Source: Candidatus Latescibacterota bacterium (lineage in GTDB: Bacteria > Latescibacterota > UBA2968). Taken from it: a stretch of 18,068 bases of DNA. Of this stretch, positions 7,407 to 16,184 are shown piece by piece. The stretch is taken from contig JAYODI010000005.1 in the NCBI GenBank assembly GCA_038279365.1, positions 80,289 to 98,356 on the forward strand, in the 5' to 3' direction. The position numbers and the translations under genes were made by a program. Below the pieces are notes generated by a model that was given only the letters and a program-made list of their open reading frames with translations, made no database searches and was not told the DNA's origin. Positions within the stretch are counted from its first letter, which is position 1. Every line of letters starts with the position of its first letter.

Positions 7407-8864
7407 TTAGGCCAAATGCGATTCTTTTTGCTTAACAGGAAAAGTCAAAGTAAACGTCGTGCCAACGCCTTCTTCACTTATCACATCAACCGTGCCACCA
7501 TGATTTTCGATAATGCGGGCACAAATCGCCAAACCAAATCCGTGACCTGTTTTTTTGGTTGTAAAACCCGAGTCAAAAATGCGCGTCACCACTTCTTTAG
7601 ACATACCAGGCCCATGATCGGTCACCACAACCGACACGCGGTTTTCTGCTTCCATAAACCGCGTAACTGTTTCAATTTGCCCCTCACCCATGGCATCAGC
7701 GGCATTGGCATATAAATTGATCAATACCTGTTGAATTTGCCCTGGGTCAATATCTAACAAAGGCAATTCAACTCCCAAATCGAGCGAAAACCCAACCTTA
7801 TGAAACCGGCTTTGCCCTTGGATAAACGCAATTAATTTCTCAATGAGTAAGTTGATATGGGCCGATTCTGTTTTAGAGCGCAACATACCCAAATCCATCA
7901 AACCAGATGCAAATTGTTCCATTTGGGCCAACTGATCAATAATGGCATTTAAACTGCGTGCAATGCGCTCCTCTCCTTTGAGTTTGGGATTGAGCAACAT
8001 CAACTCTGCATGCCCCATTAAAACCGTGAGATAGTTCTTAAGTTCATGGCCAATCTCTGCCGACATTTGTCCTGCCATGGCCAATTTTTCAGCTTGGATC
8101 AAACGCGATTCTAATATCTTACTGTCCGTAATATCACGAAAACCCAACACAACCCCATCTTGGTGAGGTGCTATGGTAATTTCAAAATACGCCAACGCAT
8201 CTTGGGTGTGTTTATATTCTAATGAAATGGTTGTCATTTCACCAGACACCATCACCTGCATTAAGGTTTGACGCACGCCACCACTCAATTGGGGTGCCAA
8301 CTCAAACAAATCTCTTTCCAGCAAATCATCAGTTGCCACATCATCAAAAATAGAACGGCGCTCTGTCAATCGGTTCCATCTGCGCACAATACAGTTGCTG
8401 TCCAACCACAAAATGCTATCGTACAAACTTTGTACCAGTGTTTCATCGAGTCGTCGCACACGCTGTGCCGTAATTTTGGCCACGTTTTGCAAAATCCGCC
8501 GATGCAAATGTGGGTATGTATCAAAACACGTATTGAGATCGTCTTGCGTAAACTCATATACTTCTGTGGGTTTCATCGCACGCACAGTTGCACTGCGAGG
8601 TTCACGATCAACCAAGGCAAGTTCACCAAAACACTCCCCCTCACCCAATGAGGTCAAAACCTCTTGCTGTTGATCAAGGGTGGCTTTTTCTACCCGAACC
8701 ATACCCGATACAATGACATACATCGCATCACCCATCTCGCCTTCGGTCACAATGGCCTGATGCGCTTCAAATGATCGGGGTTTTGCAAAATCAAAAAACA
8801 AGCGTTTGTCTTCTAAAGACAACCCCTCAAACAAGGCAATTTGTATATTATCATAATTCATCAC
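7407..8864 (-). CDS. Cytoplasmic sensor histidine kinase: cNMP-binding + PAS-like + HisKA + HATPase (NtrB/AtoS-like transmitter)
   Basis: cNMP cassette FGELALVDREPRSATV, PAS-like region ending FRDITD, EKLAMAGQMSAEIGHELKN H-box, N-box LINLYANAADA, G1 DHGPG, F-box IFDSGFTTK, G2 GHGFGL. No transmembrane segment. GGAG SD before GTG 8864 / ATG 8861. Confidence 0.92.
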   Translation of the reverse strand: MMNYDNIQIALFEGLSLEDKRLFFDFAKPRSFEAHQAIVTEGEMGDAMYVIVSGMVRVEKATLDQQQEVLTSLGEGECFGELALVDREPRSATVRAMKPTEVYEFTQDDLNTCFDTYPHLHRRILQNVAKITAQRVRRLDETLVQSLYDSILWLDSNCIVRRWNRLTERRSIFDDVATDDLLERDLFELAPQLSGGVRQTLMQVMVSGEMTTISLEYKHTQDALAYFEITIAPHQDGVVLGFRDITDSKILESRLIQAEKLAMAGQMSAEIGHELKNYLTVLMGHAELMLLNPKLKGEERIARSLNAIIDQLAQMEQFASGLMDLGMLRSKTESAHINLLIEKLIAFIQGQSRFHKVGFSLDLGVELPLLDIDPGQIQQVLINLYANAADAMGEGQIETVTRFMEAENRVSVVVTDHGPGMSKEVVTRIFDSGFTTKKTGHGFGLAICARIIENHGGTVDVISEEGVGTTFTLTFPVKQKESHLA

Positions 8865-8897
8865 ATGTCATCTCCAAGTCAGCGAACAACATAAAGT

Positions 8898-11183
8898 ATG
8901 AACAAAACCATCAAAAAACAAGCAATGTGGTTTGTGATCCTCATATTTTTTCTGCCCATCCCTCTGCTTGCCCAAACACCCAGTCCTGTGCACATCCCCA
9001 CTGATTCGATTGCATTTGACGCAGATCATATTACTTACGATTTGAAAAGTGAACGCATCAACCTACACGGCAATGCCATCTTAAAATATCAAAACATTAC
9101 CCTTACCGCAGGTCACATCCTCTACGACCGCAAAACACGCCAAATAACTGCTAATCCATTGCCCGATTCAACGGGGTCATACACCATTGGGCGCCCCGTA
9201 TTTAAACGCGACACCGAAACCATATCGGGTCGACAAATGATGTATGACCTTAAAACAGAGCGTGGCAACGTAAAAGAAGGCAGAGCCAACCAACAGCGCA
9301 AATATTATCAAGGAGCCAATATCCTGCTCGACAGCCCACAAGCACTCAATGCCATAGACCTGTCGATTAGCACCTGTAACAAAGACCACGTACACTACGA
9401 TTTTTTATGCCAAAACGTACGCGTGCTTCAAAATGACCAAGCCGTAGGTCGCTCTGTCACGTTTCGCATTGGCCCCGTGCCCATCTTTTGGTTGCCCTTT
9501 TTTATTTTTCCCACCAAACAAGGCAGGCAATCGGGCATCCTCACCCCCAGCATCGGCAGCAATGACCGCGACGGTATTTTTGCAAGAAATATCGGTTACT
9601 ATTATGCACCCAGTGACTATTGGGATGCCACCTTAAAAGGCACCATCAGAGAACGTGGGGGTTTTCTTGTTGAAACGCGCTTTGTCTACGCCATCAAAAA
9701 CCGCCTCTCTGGAAGCATGGATGTTGGGTATGACCACAGTATAACCTCTGCCGTAACCACCAACAGTTGGCGCTTCAATATGCAGCACCAACAACGCATC
9801 AATGCCACCACCAACATGCGAGGCACCGGTCAATTTACCACCAGTTCTACCTTTAACAAAAACAACAGCGATGAACTCTATACCTATCTTAACCAGCAAC
9901 TGCGATCCAGTTTTTCCATAGACAAACGCTGGAACGAATCGGGGCGAAGCATCGATGGCAGCCTCACCTATTACCGAGACTTAGAAAAAAATACCAATCA
10001 ATTTCAGGGTTTTCCGCGTCTGTCTTTTCGCCAAGGGTCGCGGGCACTTTTTGACCGTGCTTCCAATAGGCCAAATCAAGCCTGGTATCATGCCATTCGC
10101 TACGATATAAACAGCACCCTCACCAACACCTTCACCCATACCCCCAACACCACCGACACACGCAATCTGTCAGTTCAAAGTGGTTTGAATCTCAACAGCC
10201 AACACAAACCCCTCGGATGGTTAGATTTAAGCCCCCGCATTTCTCTCAATGAACAATTTATCAACAGCGATGCCGACTCGATCACGCGCAGAGAAAACTA
10301 TACTGCCAGCCTCAACGTTGGTACCAGTCTTTATGGTATATTTCAAACCAATATCGGGCGTATCAAAGGCTTCAGACACCGTTTGCAACCGCGCATATCA
10401 ATCAACTACAACCAAAATGCATCGCTCATTGGCGGTACATTTGGTTTTGGTGGCACACGCAATTGGGATGATCCACGCCGCAGTCTAAACTTTGGCCTCA
10501 ACAATGCCTTAGAAATGAAAACCGAGCACAACGAAGACGTGCGCCGATTCACCTTTGCCACACTCAACATAGACACCGGCTACGACCTCGACAACACCTT
10601 GCAAAAGTGGCGAGATTTAAACACCACAGCATCGATCAAACCCAACCAACGCATCGACATGCGTCTGACCATGCGCCATGAGCTACAAGACCTCAGTGGC
10701 AATTTTAATCCCCGCTTAGAATCCTTTACCATCACATCCAACTTTCGGTTTAACGGTGGGCAAAGCACAGCCACGCCACAAAACAGCTACCAAACCTCTA
10801 CACAAACCAATTTTGGCGTTGAAAGTGATCAATACGAAAATTTTGGTGACACATCTCAACCTTGGCGATTTGGTCTTACACACTACATTAACTACACAAA
10901 ACTTTCCCCAACAGAGCCTGCAAGCAAACGCTCGTGGGTCAAAGCCGACTTAGGTCTCAACCCCACATCGCGCATACGCCTCGACTATTCTGTTAATCTT
11001 GAGTTGGTACCCACACGCAGTTTGGTTGCCCAAAGTGTGTCTCTTTATCGCGACCTACACTGTTGGGAAGCGCGTTTGTCATGGTATCCCACAGGGTTTA
11101 ACAAAGGATATTACTTCAAAATCAACATCAAAGACATTCCACAAATCAAATTTGAACACCGCAAAGGGGGTTTTGGCATTTAA
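8898..11183 (+). CDS. lptD: LPS-assembly outer-membrane protein LptD (FCB-type)
   Basis: Signal peptide, OstA-like N-domain (ADHITYD, L.GNA.L.Y), STC..DH.HY, RQSGILTP, NIGYY, beta-barrel pattern and C-terminal YRDLHCWE...YYFKINIK. The start may be ATG 8925. Confidence 0.85.
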   Translation: MNKTIKKQAMWFVILIFFLPIPLLAQTPSPVHIPTDSIAFDADHITYDLKSERINLHGNAILKYQNITLTAGHILYDRKTRQITANPLPDSTGSYTIGRPVFKRDTETISGRQMMYDLKTERGNVKEGRANQQRKYYQGANILLDSPQALNAIDLSISTCNKDHVHYDFLCQNVRVLQNDQAVGRSVTFRIGPVPIFWLPFFIFPTKQGRQSGILTPSIGSNDRDGIFARNIGYYYAPSDYWDATLKGTIRERGGFLVETRFVYAIKNRLSGSMDVGYDHSITSAVTTNSWRFNMQHQQRINATTNMRGTGQFTTSSTFNKNNSDELYTYLNQQLRSSFSIDKRWNESGRSIDGSLTYYRDLEKNTNQFQGFPRLSFRQGSRALFDRASNRPNQAWYHAIRYDINSTLTNTFTHTPNTTDTRNLSVQSGLNLNSQHKPLGWLDLSPRISLNEQFINSDADSITRRENYTASLNVGTSLYGIFQTNIGRIKGFRHRLQPRISINYNQNASLIGGTFGFGGTRNWDDPRRSLNFGLNNALEMKTEHNEDVRRFTFATLNIDTGYDLDNTLQKWRDLNTTASIKPNQRIDMRLTMRHELQDLSGNFNPRLESFTITSNFRFNGGQSTATPQNSYQTSTQTNFGVESDQYENFGDTSQPWRFGLTHYINYTKLSPTEPASKRSWVKADLGLNPTSRIRLDYSVNLELVPTRSLVAQSVSLYRDLHCWEARLSWYPTGFNKGYYFKINIKDIPQIKFEHRKGGFGI

Positions 11184-11203
11184 CCCACATGGGTTGTTTC
11201 ACC

Positions 11204-11232
11204 TTGCCTAACCCACCTAAATCACTTAAATT
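11204..11232 (+). promoter_or_regulatory. Probable sigma70 promoter upstream of dtd
   Basis: TTGCCT-N17-TAAATT in the lptD-dtd spacer. Confidence 0.45.
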
Positions 11233-11263
11233 AAAGCGCATTACTTCATTATAGGGGGCCTAT

Positions 11264-11704
11264 GTGCGCGCGCTGATACAACGCGTCAGCCAAGCCGCTG
11301 TTCGTGTAGAAGGCCAAATAATTGGTCAAATAGAAAAAGGCCTGCTCATCTTCTTAGGCATCACACACCAAGACGACGAACAAGCCTTACATTTTGTTGC
11401 CGAAAAATGTATTCATTTGCGTATTTTTGAGGACGAACAAGGCAAAATGAATCGCTCTTTGCTCGACGTCCAAGGACAGGCTTTGGTGGTGTCCCAATTC
11501 ACACTCTACGGTGATACGCGCAAAGGGCGGCGCCCAGGTTTTGCACAAGCGGCAGCACCCGAAAAAGCCAATGCCCTTTATGAACAGTTTGTTGCTTATA
11601 TCAAAGAATGCGGTATACAAACCCAAACTGGGTCATTTGGCGCACACATGCACATCGAAATACACAACGATGGCCCTGTGACACTTATGATCGAAAACCC
11701 ATAA
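11264..11704 (+). CDS. dtd: D-aminoacyl-tRNA deacylase
   Basis: MRALIQRV, LRIFEDEQGKMN, SQFTL, KGRRPGF and NDGPVT motifs. GTG start after AGGGGG. Confidence 0.95.
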   Translation: MRALIQRVSQAAVRVEGQIIGQIEKGLLIFLGITHQDDEQALHFVAEKCIHLRIFEDEQGKMNRSLLDVQGQALVVSQFTLYGDTRKGRRPGFAQAAAPEKANALYEQFVAYIKECGIQTQTGSFGAHMHIEIHNDGPVTLMIENP

Positions 11705-11733
11705 AAAAAAACAAATGACATGCGGCCAAAAAT

Positions 11734-11761
11734 CGTTTGCCGTTTGCCGTTTGCCATTTGC
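11734..11761 (+). repeat. Heptamer tandem repeat (CGTTTGC)x4
   Basis: CGTTTGC CGTTTGC CGTTTGC CATTTGC ending 3 nt before the maf ATG. An imperfect inverted arm CAAATGACATGCGGC lies at 11712-11726. Confidence 0.8.
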
Positions 11762-11764
11762 CTT

Positions 11765-12394
11765 ATGACCAAACTCATACTTGCCTCTGCATCACCTCGA
11801 CGCGCCGAATTGCTCTTGCGTTTGGGGTTTCCATTTGAAACCATGCCCAGTGGGGCCTCAGAAGACCTATCAGAAGCCTTACCGCCCACACAGCACGTTT
11901 TGGAAATTGCAAAACGCAAAACACAAGCGGTTGCAGCCAAAGCACAAAATGCCATTGTCATTGGTGCCGATACGGTGGTGGTCATCAACAACACCATTCT
12001 CGAAAAACCACGCGATGCACATCATGCAACAGAAATGCTCACGCTGCTTTCAGGAAAAACCCATCAGGTATTAACAGGTTTGGTGCTTACCAATACAATT
12101 ACATCCCAAACCCATGCAGATGTGGCCATCACACAAGTCACCATGCGCCATCTCACCCCCCAAGACATTCGGCGCTATGTGGCAACAGGTGACCCTTTAG
12201 ACAAAGCAGGTGCCTATGCCGCTCAAGGCTTATCGGCCATTTTTATCGAATCCATTTCGGGCTGTTTTTACAATGTTGTGGGCTTGCCCCTAACCAAGCT
12301 ATGGACCATGCTACATACCATATGTGACCAATCACCTTGGGTTTATATTTCACAAAATCACACCACACCAGATTTGCTCAGTGCACCACAATAA
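11765..12394 (+). CDS. maf: Maf nucleoside triphosphate pyrophosphatase (YhdE-type, dTTP/UTP)
   Basis: LILASASPRR, GADTVV, LEKP, LSGKTH, DKAGAYAAQG and NVVGLP, with the R/T/Q residues of the YhdE subtype. Start set at MTKLIL because the ORF-track extension is translated repeat. Confidence 0.93.
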   Translation: MTKLILASASPRRAELLLRLGFPFETMPSGASEDLSEALPPTQHVLEIAKRKTQAVAAKAQNAIVIGADTVVVINNTILEKPRDAHHATEMLTLLSGKTHQVLTGLVLTNTITSQTHADVAITQVTMRHLTPQDIRRYVATGDPLDKAGAYAAQGLSAIFIESISGCFYNVVGLPLTKLWTMLHTICDQSPWVYISQNHTTPDLLSAPQ

Positions 12395-12442
12395 CCTCAA
12401 ACGTTCTTTATACTTCTTATCTTATCTCACGGCCATTTATCT

Positions 12443-13633
12443 ATGATAGAAATCGCAGAAGCACTTAAAAAACAACGTGAGGCCAAAGGCTTCACCATCG
12501 ACGATCTCTTTCAACGCACACGCATCAACACCGATTTTCTCCGTGCACTTGAATCTGGTCAATTTCATATTTTACCAGAAACATACGTACGATTGTTCAT
12601 CAAGAAATATGCTCAAGAAGTAGGCCTCAATGTTGAAGAAATTTTGTCAGAATACGACAAAAACATTCCACAAAAAGAAGTGTCGCAACCACAGCCACCA
12701 TCTTCGCGCGAAATAAACTTCCAACCTGCCATCCTGATCACTATTGGTGTTTTTATTATTGCCCTACTCATTTGGCAAGTGCGCCAGCAAACCAATCAAA
12801 ATACGGCCACGCTCTTAGAAGCCACCACATCCCAAACACCAACAGTGCCGCGTACTTCTCCCACGCCCTCTGCTACCGTTCAGACGCCCATATTGGAAAC
12901 ACCACAAGCCTTGGTATCTGAACCAAGCCTTGAAGAATCTACAAAACCCGAAACACAGCAACCCATAGAAGCACAAGCACCAAACCTTATAGAACCAACA
13001 GGATCCGAAACACCGCAACCCATAGAAGAACGTTCAACATCAGGCCCACCACCAGTCGTAGCCCCACCACCAACGGAACCTGCCACATCCCTTTCTTCTG
13101 TTGGTGAGCCAACTGCCATGCCAAATGAAACAACTACCTTAGAAGCACAGCCCCCTACAACAAATGTAGAGGTACCCACCCCAGAAACGGTGGAACCACT
13201 CGTAGAGACATTATCTGCCACCACAGAACCTATTTTGGCCACCCCCGTGACACCAAATGTAGAACCAGAGCGTCTCACAACCAATGAACAAACACCAGAA
13301 CCATCTCAAACCACCTCATCCTCATCCCCAACAGTAATGCCATTACCTGTTATCATTGCCCCAAACAACCCGATCTTGTTATCGGGCATTGCACAACAAA
13401 CCACCCAAATCTTGATCAAAGCCGATGGACGTACACTTTTTGATGGCGAATTACAAGTTGGCAGTCGACCTCGTTGGACAGCCCGAGACAGTTTGGAACT
13501 CATCTTAACCAATCACAATGCCATTGCACTCTCTCTACAAAACCAACCTCTCCGATTTGATGCCTCAATGGGCCCAAACATTCAAATAAGCATCAACCGC
13601 ACCCAAATACGTATTTTACCATCTCAATACTAA
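12443..13633 (+). CDS. rodZ: RodZ-like cytoskeleton protein (HTH, TM helix, long Pro/Thr/Glu linker, DUF4115-like C-domain)
   Basis: LKKQREAKG...TRIN..FLRALESG.F..LPETYVRLFIKKYA..VGL HTH, one TM helix (AILITIGVFIIALLIW), C-terminal I.ADG...FDG.L..G beta domain. Confidence 0.85.
   Translation: MIEIAEALKKQREAKGFTIDDLFQRTRINTDFLRALESGQFHILPETYVRLFIKKYAQEVGLNVEEILSEYDKNIPQKEVSQPQPPSSREINFQPAILITIGVFIIALLIWQVRQQTNQNTATLLEATTSQTPTVPRTSPTPSATVQTPILETPQALVSEPSLEESTKPETQQPIEAQAPNLIEPTGSETPQPIEERSTSGPPPVVAPPPTEPATSLSSVGEPTAMPNETTTLEAQPPTTNVEVPTPETVEPLVETLSATTEPILATPVTPNVEPERLTTNEQTPEPSQTTSSSSPTVMPLPVIIAPNNPILLSGIAQQTTQILIKADGRTLFDGELQVGSRPRWTARDSLELILTNHNAIALSLQNQPLRFDASMGPNIQISINRTQIRILPSQY
12948..13028 (+). 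repeat. In-frame 24-bp direct repeat in the rodZ linker
   Basis: CCGAAACACAGCAACCCATAGAAG (12948-12971) versus CCGAAACACCGCAACCCATAGAAG (13005-13028): one mismatch, 57 bp apart. Confidence 0.8.
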
Positions 13634-13635
13634 CC

Positions 13636-16083
13636 ATGACGCCACAGCCCTACGCACAAATCGTTCCTTTGGGCGCACCCATAGATCGAGAAATGACCTA
13701 CAGCGTGCCCGACGACTTGCGCGAGCATCTGCAATTGGGCAGCCGTGTGCTCATGCCATTTGGCACCCGCTGGCTCACAGGCATTGTGGTCAACCTCTCC
13801 AAAACCACCGACATGCCTCCCGACCGTCTCAAGGCCATTGGTGAAATACTCGATCCCTACCCTTTGGTTGAACCCTATTTGCTCGACCTTTATCGGTGGA
13901 TTGCCCAATACTACGTCTGTAGCCCCTCAGAAGTTCTCTCTGCCGCATTACCCTCTGGCATCCATCTCGACAGTGGGCGTCATATGACGCTCAATACCGA
14001 AGTGGCCATTCCAGAAGGTTTGCTGTCCAAACGCCAACGCGATGTGGTTGCCTGTTTAACAGAACTGGAATCGGCCACGATCAAACAACTCGAACGTCGT
14101 TTGGGAAAACAAGGTATTCAAAGTGCTGTTCATAGCCTCATACAGCGAGGCTTCATAAATGCCTTTCAAAAAATGTCTGCCCCTCGTGTGCGCACAAAAA
14201 CCGAACGCATCGCCGAACTCATACCCAACGATGCACGGTGGTTCGAATTGGAATTGCCCAAAATCACCACCAAAGCACCCAAACAAGGCGAATGTATCCG
14301 TCTCCTACAAAACGCTCAAAAACCTCTCTCACTTGCTCACCTGTCACAATTGGGCATTGCCTCAGGTGTCGTTCGTGCACTGGCCCAGCGCAACCTTATT
14401 CGCATCACAGACCGAGAAGTGCGCCGCGACCCATATGCTCAAGTCGATATTGCCCCACCCGAAAACCAGAATCCAACAGCCCACCAACAAACAGCCATTG
14501 ATCACATTACAAACAGCCTGAATCAAAAAACATTTCAGGTTCACATGCTTCACGGTGTAACCGGCAGCGGCAAAACCCTTGTTTATATTCAGGCCGTTGC
14601 CCACGCCCTTCAACAAGGCTTGGGGGCCATTGTTTTGGTGCCCGAAATTACCCTTACCCCACAAACCGTAAGTCGTTTTCGCGCCCACTTTGGTGACCAA
14701 ATAGCGGTCTTACACAGCGCACTATCCGATGGCGAACGCTACGATGCCTGGCGTGAATTGCGCGAAGGAAAACGCCCCGTTGTCATAGGGGCACGCTCGG
14801 CCATTTTTGCACCCGTTCAAAATTTGGGTCTCATCATCATCGACGAAGAACACGACGGATCTTACAAACAATCCGATCCCGCCCCCCGTTACAACGCCCG
14901 TGATGTGGCCATCATGCGCGCCAAATTGCAAAATCTCACCGTTGTATTGGGCTCTGCCACCCCTTCGCTCGAATCATATCACAATGCAAAAACCCAAAAA
15001 TTTAACCTCATCACCCTACCCAAACGCATAGACAACCGCCCCATGCCCATCGTGACACTTGTAGACATGCGAAAAGAAGGGGGCGGGTTGTTTTCCAAAC
15101 CCTTGCGCGAAAAAATGCACGAACGCATCAATCGCAGTGAAGGCATTATTTTGCTCCAAAACCGTCGCGGCTATGCCCCCACCGTACAATGCACTGGTTG
15201 CGGGTCAAGCATCGAGTGCCCACACTGCCAAGTAACCCTGACCTATCACGCCGCACAAAAACAGATGCTGTGCCACTACTGTGGTTACAGCCAAAAAATG
15301 CCCGAAACATGTCCATCTTGCCACAGTCGCCAACTTCAAATGCTCGGCGTGGGCACCCAGCGTGTTGAAGAAACCATCGAACAACAATTTCCAGGCGCAC
15401 GCATCTTGCGCATGGACGTCGATTCCACCCAGCGCAAAGGCGCACACGACCGTATCCTCCAAAGTTTTAGCAAAGGCGAAGCCAACATCTTACTCGGCAC
15501 CCAAATGGTCGCCAAAGGCCTCGATTTTCCAGGGGTGACACTGGTGGGGGTTATTTCTGCCGACACGGGCATTCATCTGCCCGACTTTCGTGCCAGTGAA
15601 CGCACTTTCCAACTGCTCACCCAAGTATCGGGGCGGGCAGGCCGTGGCAACTTACCCGGCGAAGTGGTCGTGCAAACCTATATGCCCGATGGCGAAGCCG
15701 TAGTTTGTGCCCAAACCCACAACTTTCTCGAATTTGCCCAACGCGAAATGGACACGCGCAAAGTGCTTCGATATCCACCTTTTGGACGCATGATCTTGCT
15801 CTTATTCAAAGGATATAACGAACATGAAGTGGCACAAACCGCTGGCATCTGCGCCGGTGCACTGCGCGCAGAAACACCACCCGATGTAGAAATTATGGGC
15901 CCAGTACAAGCCCCATTGTCGCGCATTCAAAAAACATACCGCTGGCAAGTGGTGGCCCGCTCCGAATCTCACAGCCACCTAAACGCCGTCGCACGCAAAG
16001 TCAGACAACAATTTACACCCAACAAAAACCGAGGCCGTGGCATCACCGTCTCCATCGACGTCGATCCCATTTCAATGCTTTAA
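13636..16083 (+). CDS. priA: Primosomal protein N' (replication restart helicase)
   Basis: GSRVLMPFG N-domain, Walker A HGVTGSGKT, LVPEI, DEEHD.SYKQ, SATPSLES, four CxxC pairs, GTQMVAKGLDF, QVSGRAGR, YPPF and C-terminal DVDP. Confidence 0.97.
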   Translation: MTPQPYAQIVPLGAPIDREMTYSVPDDLREHLQLGSRVLMPFGTRWLTGIVVNLSKTTDMPPDRLKAIGEILDPYPLVEPYLLDLYRWIAQYYVCSPSEVLSAALPSGIHLDSGRHMTLNTEVAIPEGLLSKRQRDVVACLTELESATIKQLERRLGKQGIQSAVHSLIQRGFINAFQKMSAPRVRTKTERIAELIPNDARWFELELPKITTKAPKQGECIRLLQNAQKPLSLAHLSQLGIASGVVRALAQRNLIRITDREVRRDPYAQVDIAPPENQNPTAHQQTAIDHITNSLNQKTFQVHMLHGVTGSGKTLVYIQAVAHALQQGLGAIVLVPEITLTPQTVSRFRAHFGDQIAVLHSALSDGERYDAWRELREGKRPVVIGARSAIFAPVQNLGLIIIDEEHDGSYKQSDPAPRYNARDVAIMRAKLQNLTVVLGSATPSLESYHNAKTQKFNLITLPKRIDNRPMPIVTLVDMRKEGGGLFSKPLREKMHERINRSEGIILLQNRRGYAPTVQCTGCGSSIECPHCQVTLTYHAAQKQMLCHYCGYSQKMPETCPSCHSRQLQMLGVGTQRVEETIEQQFPGARILRMDVDSTQRKGAHDRILQSFSKGEANILLGTQMVAKGLDFPGVTLVGVISADTGIHLPDFRASERTFQLLTQVSGRAGRGNLPGEVVVQTYMPDGEAVVCAQTHNFLEFAQREMDTRKVLRYPPFGRMILLLFKGYNEHEVAQTAGICAGALRAETPPDVEIMGPVQAPLSRIQKTYRWQVVARSESHSHLNAVARKVRQQFTPNKNRGRGITVSIDVDPISML

Positions 16084-16096
16084 CACCGATGAGTCA

Positions 16097-16174
16097 ACAG
16101 GTCACAAGTCACAGGTCATGAACCACAAAACCTATTTTGACCTGAGACCTGAGATCTGCTGACCTGAGACCAGT
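16097..16174. repeat. Inverted pair of heptamer arrays (ACAGGTC)x3 / (GACCTGA)x~5
   Basis: ACAGGTC ACAAGTC ACAGGTC (16097-16117), then a spacer, then GACCTGA GACCTGA GATCTGC t GACCTGA GACCAGT (16139-16174). The arms are complementary at 17 of 21 positions. Confidence 0.8.
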
Positions 16175-16184
16175 GACTATTTCT

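Noticed and set aside
7281-7715. 144-aa plus-strand ORF near the antisense promoter
   Set aside because: It starts inside a terminator upstream of the promoter and is mostly the antisense shadow of the HATPase domain.
11720-11764. N-terminal extension of Maf (MRPKIVCRLPFAICL)
   Set aside because: It is translated heptamer repeat; Maf homology begins at MTKLILAS.
12405-12442. CTTAT-like repeats before rodZ as a fourth heptamer array
   Set aside because: Only about two 5-bp units in pyrimidine-rich sequence, with no clear period 7.
16097-16174. Repeat arrays as CRISPR or IS ends
   Set aside because: The units are 7 bp with no spacers, and there is no cas gene, transposase or target-site duplication.
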